DNA of 64,000 nucleotides from Phoronis australis (lineage: Eukaryota > Animalia > Phoronida): the NCBI GenBank assembly GCA_002633005.1, contig NMRA01000129.1, positions 152,133-216,132 on the forward strand, in the 5' to 3' direction. The notes below the pieces were generated by a model. It searched no databases. It saw nothing but the letters and a program-made list of their open reading frames with translations, and was not told the DNA's origin. How positions within the stretch are numbered: position 1 is the stretch's first letter; each line of letters starts with the position of its first letter. A program made the translations under genes and the position numbers. Below are positions 53,586 to 64,000 of the stretch, in pieces.

Positions 53586-54022
53586 GAATTATGATAATGA
53601 TAAAGACGACCACATTGTGGTCGAAAATGATGATATTGATAAAGACGACTGCGTTGGTGGTCACGAATGGTGATAATGATAAAGACGACTGCGTTTATGA
53701 TCGGAAATGATTATAGCTATAAAGACTACTGCGTTGGGGGTCACGAATGGTGATAATGATAAAGACGACTGCGTTTATCATGATCGGAAATGATTATAGC
53801 TATAAAGACTACTGCGTTGGTGGTCACGAATGGTGATAATGATAAAGACGACTGCGTTTATGATCGGAAATGATTATAGCTATAAAGACTACTGCGTTGG
53901 TGGTCACAAATGGTGATAATGAAACAGACGACTGTGTTGGCGGTCGGAAATGATTTTAGTGATACAGACGACTGCGCTGGTGGTCGGTAATGACGATAAC
54001 AATAAATGTAACTGCGTTGGCG
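53586..54022 (+). repeat. Minisatellite, ~40-bp monomer organised as an ~80-bp dimer
   Basis: Core ataaagac(g/t)actgcgtt. tcac(g/a)aatggtgataatga recurs at 53661, 53741, 53824 and 53904. An orphan monomer lies at ~53010-53055. Confidence 0.92.
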
Positions 54023-55382
54023 GACTATTCAAGCTGTTGAGCAGCCGTCTTCTGTCAAAAAATAACTCTAAACCTGCCAGTGCTTTCACCACTTCGAGTG
54101 TGAGTGAAGGAACAAGTTAACCGTGGCCTAAGTGAGTTTATGACAGAAGAAGGTATAGCTCCTTTAATAAAGAAACTCTAGAGTTTTGGGGAACGAAGAA
54201 CTTATGAGAATGAATGATAAGTTGACAACACCGGCTTCATTTTTGTTCAATACTTGTTTGAAACAATTTCAGGGAACCTATTTAAGTAATGCTTATTACC
54301 AATATGACCCTTTCACTGAACTTGCTCAGAAGCATAATTTGTTAGTTTTTAAATTTCCGATCATGTACCAACAACAATGGCCGCCACATTTTAGTAACAC
54401 TAACATCTTAAACCTGAAACTGCATGCCAAGAACGTACACAACATAGAGTTATACTTTACAGAATGTTCCTATTTTGGCAATGCTTTTCGATTGATAAAA
54501 TTCATTATTTGATCTAAACTTGTGAGAACAAATAAAGTAGTATCTTAAATGGAATGGCGATGGGAGGATCGGAAAACAGTATGAAATAGATGACCATGAC
54601 CAGAGGGACAGGGATAATCGTTTTACAAGAGGATTATGCAGTCATAAATAACTATTGATTTTGCATTACTGCTGACCACAATCATTATGTACAGACATCA
54701 TCCGATAAAGAAATAGTTAATCAATCTGTAGATTGGTTTCTGTGCAGTAGATAAATATCTATTGCCTGTTATGTTAAGACAATCAGACTATTTGAATTAT
54801 TTCAAAATGGCCCCTTGACCCCTTGACCACGTGGCTAAACGTCACGGTAAGCCTACTGTTGCTCTTTAATGGTGCTGTGAGGTTCTATACGCCTTATTGA
54901 CTTGTCGGTTTGTTTAGCCAAATACCTACAAAATGGTAAGTTTTAAGTCTATAAAATTTGCTTTTTGACTTTGATACCAATCTGCTGTTAATTGGATCAT
55001 GTGACCATATCTTTTTAGTGAAATTTAGCAAAAAATGAAATGACCTCCATAGCAAAGCAACGCTTATCAATAACATGACCAAACTTTGTTTGATGAAAAT
55101 GTACAAGATGAAGACTCAAAAAAGTTGTGCCACTTTTAAGTTTTTCATAAAAATCCTATTTTATAGCCCCTCGTGCAAAAGTGGAAATTTTTTAATTTTA
55201 AACAATTCTTGACATCGTTTTGGAGATTAATGCAAAAACATGGTGCATTTTGTCGAGGGTATTACGTAACCTTAATAATGGTTTGGACGATGATGGTGTG
55301 ATGAAAATCTCTAAGAATGCGCTTTACAATTAGTAACTCGAACAATGAAAGCAAATGGAAAAACTGAACTCGAATAATCCCA

Positions 55383-55680
55383 TTTTAGAGACGGTAGCCT
55401 CATTTACAGCGCCGCGTTTGTCTTATTTAGACCCGGTAGGCTCATTTACAGCGCAACATTAGCTCTATTTAAAGACGGTAGCCTCATTTACAGTGCCGCG
55501 TTTGTCTTATTTAGACCCTGTAGCCTCATTTACAGCGCCACATTAGCTCCATTTAGAGCCAGTAGCCTCATTTACAGTGTCACGTTAGTCTTATTTAGAG
55601 CCTGTAGCCTCATTTCAGGCGTCACGTTAGTCTTATTTAGAGCTGGTAGCCTCATTTACAGCGCCACATTAGTCTTATTT
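55383..55680 (+). repeat. Minisatellite, 7 x 42 bp, ~140 bp upstream of the exon 2 acceptor
   Basis: The gtagcctcatttacag core recurs with cattt at 55401, 55443, 55485, 55527, 55569, 55611 and 55653. Confidence 0.95.
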
Positions 55681-55818
55681 GTTCATGATCAGGGCTAACA
55701 TAATTGAGGACGGTGAGCTTTCTCGGTAACTGTAAAGAAACTTCGCCGATGGTCAAGGCATTTGACAACCACTGCGTAACGAGTGTAGGAATTAAACAAT
55801 AATTTTGTTCTTTTTCAG

Positions 55819-56112
55819 CCAAACTGGATGGTGTCAAGACATTCATGTCTCTCCGTCGTGTTCCGCTTCACCTACAAGACCGTGTTATCAAGTGGTTCGA
55901 TTATTTGTGGCTGAGTAACAAAACATCAGAAGAAGACAAGACGCTAAAGCTTCTTCCGGATAAACTAAAGGCAGAAATCGCCATCCACGTCCACCTTGAC
56001 ACTCTCAAAAGGGTAGAGATTTTTCAAAACACTGAGGCGGGATTTCTCTGCGAACTTGTTCTCAAGCTGTGCCCGGTGTTGTTTTCACCTGGAGACTACA
56101 TTTGTAGAAAAG
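55819..56112 (+). CDS. CNG channel coding exon 2 (C-linker and start of the cyclic-nucleotide-binding domain)
   Basis: Acceptor ttttgttctttttcag|CC. The phase-1 join gives [19 protein letters not shown]...KWFDYLW...[25 protein letters not shown]...[11 protein letters not shown]. Donor AAAG|gtaagt. Length 294 bp. Confidence 0.96.
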
Positions 56113-56269
56113 GTAAGTGTCCGGTTTACTTTAGGAGAATCATGTAAATGGGCCTGTTTGGAGGGATTTACATTAGACCAAAAATAACTTAGGTCAAATA
56201 AAACAACCTCGTCCTTAAAGTGCGTTGAAGTGGTACATGTATAAGAAGTGAAAAACAAATTAAATTGCA

Positions 56270-56535
56270 TTATTCAAAGTAGTTCTCTGTCACAAAAACA
56301 GAATTCGAGCTGTTCACCAGGTATTTTCACGGTTTGTTCGTAAAAATTTGAATATCTGTTGACGTCAAAGCATTTTCCCTTTAGTTTCCTATTTCAAAAA
56401 AACGATTTGTCAACTGCTCGTCACTTCCTGGATTAATTTCCCACACGGCAAAGCACGTCTCCTTATTTGGAATGGCAAGACATAAACGTATCACATTTCC
56501 CTTATATTGAAAATGTGACCTTTTACCTTTGACGT
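56270..56535 (+). mobile_element. Family B copy 3 (partial) in intron 2
   Basis: Collinear with 20660-20915 (gttctctg.cac..aaacagaattc, gtcaactgctcg.cacttc, ggcaaagcacgt, atggcaagacat, gaaaatgtgacctt). Confidence 0.75.
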
Positions 56536-56721
56536 TGACAATGGCATTTTGAAGCAGCAGTCCGTCCGCCTTTTTAGCGCCTGCACGCATACATATTATT
56601 AGGGAAAGAGAATTCGAAATTTGTATTGGGATGTTTTTCATTTTGTCTGTGTTTCAAATTTTTTTTTTGACTTTAAACAGAGATTTTAGAAATATTGTCA
56701 CTCCAATCAAATTCGTCTTTT

Positions 56722-56910
56722 GTCAACGTGTTGATAACGGCCTTTTTGAGGGAACGGTGTCTCAGATTTGTAAAATAGGTCCTAGTTTTTCGGAACGAAG
56801 CCTTCAAAATCAAGAGAACACCCGTTTTGCTCAAAATCCCCGGAATGGTTGACCTATTTCAAAAATCTGAGACACGGTTCCCTTGAAAATGCCGTTCTCA
56901 ACATGTTGAC
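56722..56910. mobile_element. MITE with ~60-bp TIRs in intron 2
   Basis: gtcaacgtgttgataacggcctttttgagggaacggtgtctcagatttgtaaaataggtc / gacctatttcaaaaatctgagacacggttcccttgaaaatgccgttctcaacatgttgac. Confidence 0.85.
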
Positions 56911-57306
56911 TGACAAAAGGTCCGCCTCAGAGAAGCGAAAATTCCGGAAAAAGTGGAAAACGAGACAAAAGTCCACTAAAGAGACAGGAACTACCAAAAT
57001 TCGGCGAAAGCAAAATTCATAGCTCTGAATGTGCCCTGTGAATCTTAGTAAAATGTCCACACTATCAAAAATTCGGTGCGCGCATGGCTATGACCAAACC
57101 CATTTACTACAATACGCGTGAAATTACAATGAACACAGTAGACCGCACTGGAAACTACAATGTCGAGTCCGGCTTTTAGACAAAACAGATTCCGTGGTAA
57201 GTTCACTGCTATGTACCGTAGAAACGGCTGTATAGGATTGAGCATTCCTTTATGTGACTCAATCACTGGCGAGTTGTGCGGAACCAAATCGTTTATATTT
57301 CCACAG

Positions 57307-57612
57307 GTGAAATTGGAAAAGAAATGTACATTGTGAACCGTGGACGACTGCAGGTGGTAGCCGAAGACGGTAAGACCGTATTAGCAACACTCAGGCCGGG
57401 AAGTTACTTTGGCGAGATCAGTATTCTTAATATGGGCAATGCAGGAAACAGACGGACAGCCTCTGTGAGGTCCGTTGGATACTCGGATTTATTCAAGTTA
57501 TCCAAACAAGACTTGTGGGACGTACTAAAGGAATATCCGGCAGCAAGAGTGCGCCTTGAGGCAATCGCTGTGCGTCGACTAGAAAAATACAAAAAGGAAC
57601 CGAATGAAAATG
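57307..57612 (+). CDS. CNG channel coding exon 3 (CNBD beta-roll, phosphate-binding cassette, C-helix)
   Basis: Acceptor atttccacag|GT. Translation is [18 protein letters not shown]...[47 protein letters not shown]. Donor AATG|gtaagt. Length 306 bp. Confidence 0.96.
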
Positions 57613-58902
57613 GTAAGTTAAGCAGTGACTAAAAAAACACAACCGACCACGACATCTTGATGTAAATAAAACATATTTTTTCAGACATCAAAACTGTACG
57701 ACTGTATGTAATTTCAAATAAAAGGGAATACCTAGCATGCAAACTACAATTACGAAAATAGAAGGGAAATCGGTAGCGGAGTCGGTGCCTTTTTATAAAG
57801 AATCATGGAATCGGCTGTAATGCAGTCCCCAAAATGTTGCGTTTATGCATCTCCAAAGCGTAAAGTTTGATCACTACATATTCTATAATACCATTACAGC
57901 AAATTTTGTAGTCATTTCGAAGTCTTGCATTACACGTGAGGATGTTTGTCTTCCAGTGTATCTCTTCTCACTACTGTTCCAGTCTTCAAAATACATACTC
58001 TCGTGACGTGTTTCCGTGTATGATTCTAAGTAGACGTATTCTAGACTCCAGTCACTTTGAAACTGCCATCTAAACTGTAACTTTGTGTCTTCGTTACAGC
58101 TCGTATTCCTAAAAGTCCCAGCGCGCCCCTGCTCTCTCGCACGTACTTGACGAGGCAAGAACCATTAAGACAATTAGCTTATTGAACCATTTTAAACCTA
58201 CATGTATAATTTTAAGTCACAAAGCATGTTATTTTCAACTTTTTCAACTTTGCATGGACAAATGCGGATCTTACATCTACCCATATCCTGTCTCCCAATT
58301 CGCGAAAATGGCTTATGCTGTTACGCCTACAATCATACTCACGAACATCCACGGCACAAAAAGCTGAATCATCTGCGCGAACCCTCGGATGATGCGTGGA
58401 CACGACATTCTAGACTGCGAAATAATACAGTGAAGCGGTTCGTGCAAATAATTCAATGCTTGTGCGAATGATTTGCGTTTCTGCGAATGAATTTGTGGTA
58501 CGTGTGCATGGTTTTTGGTCGTACACACGATGTAATTCAACGATTTGTGCAAATGATTCTGTGATTTGTGAGTGCAATTCGAAGCTCACTTTCGTACGTA
58601 TGGTTGTCTGGTCAGCACTTTTGAGTACTCCGCTGCATGTCAATGGTGATTAACACTCTAATATGGCTGTATGTCAGTGCATGCGACGTGCCTCAAGAAA
58701 TCCCTTTTCCTTTTACACATTACCTATAGAACGTGAGATGTTGCACTACACATGTTTTCAACAATATAGCCACATCTTTGTACCGTGAGGGATTTGGTTC
58801 GGAGCAGGTGTTTCTTTTCTCTCTTTTCTTTTCTACTGCGACAGAACAAGGTCTTCGTTTTTGTACCGTTTAGATCTTATCAGTGCTCCTTTGTCTTTGT
58901 AG

Positions 58903-59744
58903 CGCTACTGACTAGAAGTCAAAGCACTCCCGGGTTAGTAGAGTCGTCTGGTAAGTCACCCGTAGTGGTAGCCTCGCCAGCGCATACCGTACCCTACGTC
59001 AAATCTCACAACAGACGCAGTAACAGCGTTAGCGGACCTCTAACACACGAGCCAGAGTCGCTCGAGGATGACGTCTTTGTGACGACTGTCGTCTCCAGCA
59101 GTGAAGCGAACGGTACCAGTAACGACGTTCCATGTCACCTGGCGCCAATTACAGACACAGGTTGTGAAATCAGTAATAATTTATTACGCTCGAAGTCCCT
59201 TGAGATAAAACACTTGCCGTTTACAGTCGCGTCGGGAGAACCGCCGTCCATAATGATGACACCGAGTGAGTTAGACTCGACGACTCAGGTTGTGCTTCCT
59301 CCAACACCCTTGACAGGGGACTCGCCCCCCTCGCCGTTCCACATCACTCCACATTACCAACTGGCTTCACCAGGGGCGCGCTCACTGACACCCAATTATT
59401 TGATACCTGTCTCAACTATTGGTATGGCACATCATTCCTTATCGTATGGTGCACTTAACAATTTAAACCCTAACATACCAGCTGAAGGATCACCGGCGGA
59501 CCCTTCCCAAGAAATCTTGTTGCAAGAATTAAAGCGATTGCGGGAACGGGTCGCTACCCTAGAGACTGAAAATGCCGGTATGAGCGTTAAGCTGAATCAG
59601 CAGCAATGGGAGGTGGAATCAAGACTTGCCGAAATTGAAATGCAAATCTGTGGTAGCGATAGTGTCGGGAGCGTGGGAAGTCAGCTTAGCAGCGGTACAT
59701 CCGACGATAAAAATCTCAAGGAGAACAAGGAAAGTGTGTTATGA
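58903..59744 (+). CDS. CNG channel terminal coding exon 4 (S/P/T-rich tail, distal coiled coil, ends ESVL)
   Basis: Acceptor cctttgtctttgtag|CG is phase 1 and in frame with exon 3 and the 319-aa ORF. It encodes RSQSTPGLVE and a heptad segment LLQELKRLRERVATLETENAGMSVKLNQQQWEVESRLAEIE. Stop TGA at 59742-59744. The summed CDS is 2826 bp, divisible by 3. Confidence 0.88.
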
Positions 59745-59790
59745 CAGTAATCTAGTGACGTAGCAACCGCCGATCCATGCATAAAGGGTA

Positions 59791-60209
59791 CAGTTTCCGG
59801 TTGCATGAAACAGTCCCAAATAGGGACTCAACTAAGTTTACTAAATCTGTAGCGTATTTATGAGCTTGTGAAAACACTGATTGTTCTTTCTTATGCTGTT
59901 TGAGAATCATTATTTAGTCAATTTTTGGCTTTGATACAAATCGGAATTAAACTCTGTTGGATTCATAATAGGGACCTTTTCATGCAATGTCCTTTAAAGA
60001 CTGAGTCCCTAATTATTATGACTCAATTAAGGGCTCTGTTTTTAGTTAGATTATTCAAAAATGTCACTCAAAGGGAAGCTTATATTTAAGATAAAATGGT
60101 AGAAAAATACATCATCTTTGAATAAAGAACCAAACAAATACGCAAAAGATTTAGGGAACTTTGGTTAGTTGTGTCTCCATTTGGGACTGTTTCGTGCAAC
60201 CAGGCACTG
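59791..60209. mobile_element. MITE family E copy 2, just after the stop codon and inverted relative to copy 1
   Basis: TIRs ccggttgcatgaaacagtcccaaatagggactcaactaag / atttgggactgtttcgtgcaacca. Internal cttgtgaaaacactgattg is the reverse complement of caatcagtgttttcacaag in copy 1. Confidence 0.85.
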
Positions 60210-62508
60210 GAGGCCGAGACCCGGTTACTTGACTACTTTTATTTCGCTGCAATGGGGGGATAAAATGCCCTCCATGCTCGTCCATTGACAAGCGTCTGAG
60301 CAGTTTGAGTAAAGTATGGTATGAAGGAACAAGGAAATCTGAGGCTTCACTAGTCAAAGGGACAAGATGAAATTCATGGTTAATTTCTCTATGTCGCTTT
60401 ACTGCCAGACCGGCCACTCAGTACATTAACGGCCCGGCAGCAGAGCAAGACAGCATCCCTGGGAGACACGATTCACGCACGAGGTGCGCGTGCCAGCAGT
60501 GACGAGTCATACATATACTCAGTCATAGCTTTTGTACATTGTGTAATATAATCAATGTAATTAATGAAACGATTTATTCTAATCATCACTTGAATTCATC
60601 CTGCTGTAGCAAATGTCATTTACAAGGACCCTTTGCTTCAAGCGTCAGACTTCTTGAACGTGGTGTGAAAACAATCACTACTCATGTGGCGATAGTCGAC
60701 TTTTGCATACCAAATAAGTGTTGCATGGACGTGTGGTGGTTCCGAGGCTCAATAACACGTAGTTGACGATAAAAGAAAAAATTGATGATCAGATTTGGGA
60801 GAGAACGACACCTAGTGGAATGGAGTTACAAAAAGGTCATGGGCTACTGAAAGCCACTCTGCTTTCACGGTAAAAAATCACACACTTTTGATCAGACTAA
60901 CAAAAACAAAAGCTCATGCATCTTTAAAGACAAACTTTACAAGAAAATCCCAAAACTGTGTTACGAAAAATAGTTCTATTATATACTTTTGATCAGAATA
61001 AAAAATACAAAACTTTAACGATTTTCTGACGGTGCAAATCTCAACAATTCTACTCTCAAAATATTTTATCCTACGCTATTATATTGATGTAGTCATACGC
61101 ACGTGCGTCCACGCGAAGGGGTAGATATTTTCGACAAATTCAGGTAATTTTGACCGTCTTGATCCCATGCTCGTCTATCCTCGAGTAAATACTGTATAGT
61201 GACAGACTCACCAGTCCTCACACAAACTTTGTTGACTTCAAGGCCCGAGATTTATTATCCAAATTATTTTCGACATTTTCTGTACTAATTTAGTGCCAAA
61301 TCTGCGCAGGTGTCTATATGACTGTGTTTTCTAGTATACTATGGTTTACGCAGACCAGTCTCTAAAATAAATTTTCCATCTTGAGATAAATTTTCGGTCC
61401 TGTCGTGTTGTATTTTGGTCCTAACATGATGAATTATAAGTCCTGGCGTGATAAATTCTGGTTTGAGTTTTTTTATTTTTGGTCCTGCACAGATTTTAAT
61501 TCTTGTATCTTGGATTTTTCCGGGTTGACTTTCAATTGGGGATAGAGCTTTCCCATAGGATGGTAGGTAGGGACCAATTCAGAGGGGTGTTTTGCTGTTA
61601 CGTATGTTCTCGGTTGGGTATTTTCTCCCGCGTACTGTCGCCTCAGGTGGGTAGACCTGTTTTGTCCGGGGGTGATTTTTGCTTTATCGTCTAGGGTGGG
61701 TATTTTGATTTTGTGGCACTTGCCCTCTTCGGTTGATATGAATTCAAACAAAAAGAATTTATGATAAATTCAAGTTAACCAAAATTACCCGTTTAGCGGT
61801 GGTGACGACCCAGTAGGATTAAAGGAAAGAAGTGGCAACGGGGGATTAGCGAGTAAAGTGATATTTTTTCGTATAGGTCATCATTTGATATTGCCTCGAG
61901 TAAACATTTCTCCAATTTCCTAAGGATTTGTTGGTCTGCACTTGAATGTGCGGAGGCACTTCCTATCCATTATCTACATGTAGGAGACAGCCCCCCGGTA
62001 TTAAATTGGCACATGTTGTTTTCGTTGAAGGTATATTTGGGGCATCGGCATTTAAAGTCTCACTTCCATGTCAATATTTCAATTCTATATAGTAAATAAA
62101 TCACTCACTGCAGGAAAATAATTGTTATTCGTTGTAGACATCAGAGACGTTATCTACAGTAAAATGTTCAAAAAACAATTGCCCTAACATGTAGTTCTCT
62201 GAACACAATCAACGTTTCTAGAAAGGACCTCTGTGTGCTCTGTTCGAACGTAGTGTTCAATCGCCTTCTGCTGTTTTACAAAACCCTTTGCTGTCTCGAG
62301 TTGTCACACAATTAGCACTTAAAAATGTGTGAAATGACTTGTTGTTCCAACTGGCCATGGTCAAATATAACATCCTGGAATGAACTTCCAAACAGCAAAT
62401 CTTACTGTCTTGTTTACGTTAACCAATGAATGAGAGCCCATAGTCATCAACGTTTTCAAGTTTGAGAACTGAACGTAAAATGTATCGTCAACAGTAAAGT
62501 ACACGTAC

Positions 62509-62553
62509 CATTATAACTTGACGTTTCGATGAATTACTCCATCTTCAGTAATG
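62509..62553 (-). ncRNA. Second hammerhead-like motif (Penelope-like type), degenerate
   Basis: The minus strand reads catta-CTGAAGA-t-ggagtaattcatc-GAAA-c-GTC-aagttataatg. The stems are imperfect. Confidence 0.4.
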
Positions 62554-62769
62554 TCACATGACATTTCAATGTTGTACATTTCTGTGAATTGATCCACGCT
62601 TGTTGACAAAATAAGTGATAGAGGTCTGAAACGTAATTCTTAATTACTTTTCATTTGTTCCTTAAACAGCTTTTCAGTTGCTGGTGTTGGTGCCATCTAA
62701 GTAGACTTCTATTTGAAAATTAGTCAAATAAGTAAAATGTTTTTTTGAACACTTTGTCTTCCGTTGATT

Positions 62770-62942
62770 TTCGCCAGTTTTACTCCACTTGAAAACGTTA
62801 TGGTGATGAACAAAAGCCACGGAGATTTTGGCCCACTCCATTTGAAAACGTTATCGTAATGAACAAAAGCCACGGACACATTTCCCCAGTCTCACTCTGA
62901 CTATTTGAAAATGTTATCGTAATGAACAAAAAGCACGGAGAG
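62770..62942 (+). repeat. Tandem repeat, 3 units of ~55-65 bp
   Basis: ttgaaaa(c/t)gttat.gt.atgaacaaaa..cacgga occurs three times. Confidence 0.85.
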
Positions 62943-64000
62943 AAAAATATTTCCTTCAAAATCGCCATCATTTCAGTGGAACATTTTTACATTTCGTTGA
63001 AGATGCATTTCAGTAACTTGCCAATTGAGCAGTTCTCTTTTCACGTTGAAACAGCATAGTAGCCACACTACATACAAACAATCATAGGTTACGGAACTTT
63101 GGTAAGGAAATAGTTTGCCAAGTATTTCGTGGCTGAGAATCGAAGTACGAAATCAAGAAAAGCCAAATGAAATTTTGCAGGAATTACTACACAAATTTAC
63201 CAATTCAACTTTCAGAAATGACAAACGACTATTTTACAACAATGCTGCGAAAATAGGAATAAATCATAGTTATTGCAAGGGGGAGGGTCTTTTGGGCATA
63301 ATTAACAATGTCTGAACAAAACCTTGTTGCATGCTTTAAGCGAAGGGTGCGTCTATCTTTGTCGCATTCCAGGCTCAAGTCAATGCGTACAGCCTCGAGT
63401 TATGTTTTTGAAAATCATGATTTTCATGGCTTCATGCTCTTGAAACCAGGAACTTAGAACCTCCAACGTGGTTCCATTCTCCAGTAATCTCATTCTCTTA
63501 CTTTCGAACATGCGGAAGCTAGTTATAGTCACAGGTTCATTTACACTGTCCGAAATTGGTTAGCTGTGTTATGACACTTGCCTCGCCTCTTCACGATTTT
63601 CCGTCCTCCAGATTAACAGCTACATGCCTTGAGAAAGAACCAAATCGCTAACGACGCTCCATCAATCAAAGTATTATTAATAACGCCACATTGAATGATA
63701 CTTCTATTCGCGAATAGCAATGACAATCAGCAGAAGCGGTGTAGGTTCCAGCGCCAGTGTGACCTGGAATATACACTGCAGGTCGCAGGTACCATGTTGT
63801 AATGTCACAGTTTGAATGAATAGGAACTTGGAACCAGAAACCGTGTTCAAGGTTTCACGTTAGAAGTTTGAAGAAAATGAAACTGTATTTAAAATGGCTC
63901 CAGAGGCTAAACCTGCTGGAACCTGCAATAAAATATCAGCGCGTACCACAATGGAACCTGGAACGAAATGCGAACACACGGGTACCAGTTTTCATCATGG

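Noticed and set aside
53586-54022. CRISPR-like appearance of a constant core with variable intervening sequence
   Set aside because: The intervening segments alternate and repeat rather than being unique spacers. The context is eukaryotic with no cas genes.
55383-55680. 42-bp array as CRISPR or a coding repeat
   Set aside because: It is a head-to-tail tandem repeat without spacers, lies in an intron, and has no long ORF across it.
58310-58635. Loosely palindromic element with several overlapping ORFs in intron 3
   Set aside because: The ORFs lack domains and matching splice phases. It is probably an old MITE, but the termini are not definable.
58785-58902. 5' part of the 319-aa ORF
   Set aside because: This is the intronic polypyrimidine tract before the acceptor ending at 58902.

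Overview
This is AT-rich, repeat-dense eukaryotic DNA, very likely from an invertebrate animal (the lineage is an inference). It is not prokaryotic, so most short ORFs in the supplied track are spurious. One protein-coding gene is well supported: a 4-coding-exon cyclic nucleotide-gated (CNG) channel alpha-type subunit on the + strand. Its coding exons are 37588-38971, 55819-56112, 57307-57612 and 58903-59744. All introns are GT-AG and phase 1, the product is about 941 aa, and intron 1 is about 16.8 kb. The upstream 37 kb has no recognisable intact gene. The non-coding DNA holds many non-autonomous DNA transposons (MITEs), a 5'-truncated LINE, tRNA-derived SINE-like heads, a THAP-domain remnant, minisatellites and two hammerhead-ribozyme-like motifs. 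Two tandem 'duplications' joined at single Ns are probably unmerged haplotypes. I found no convincing new multi-gene system. The best leads are the atypical features of the channel, inverted MITE copies bracketing its 3' exons, a ~500-bp foldback in intron 1, and the hammerhead-like motifs.
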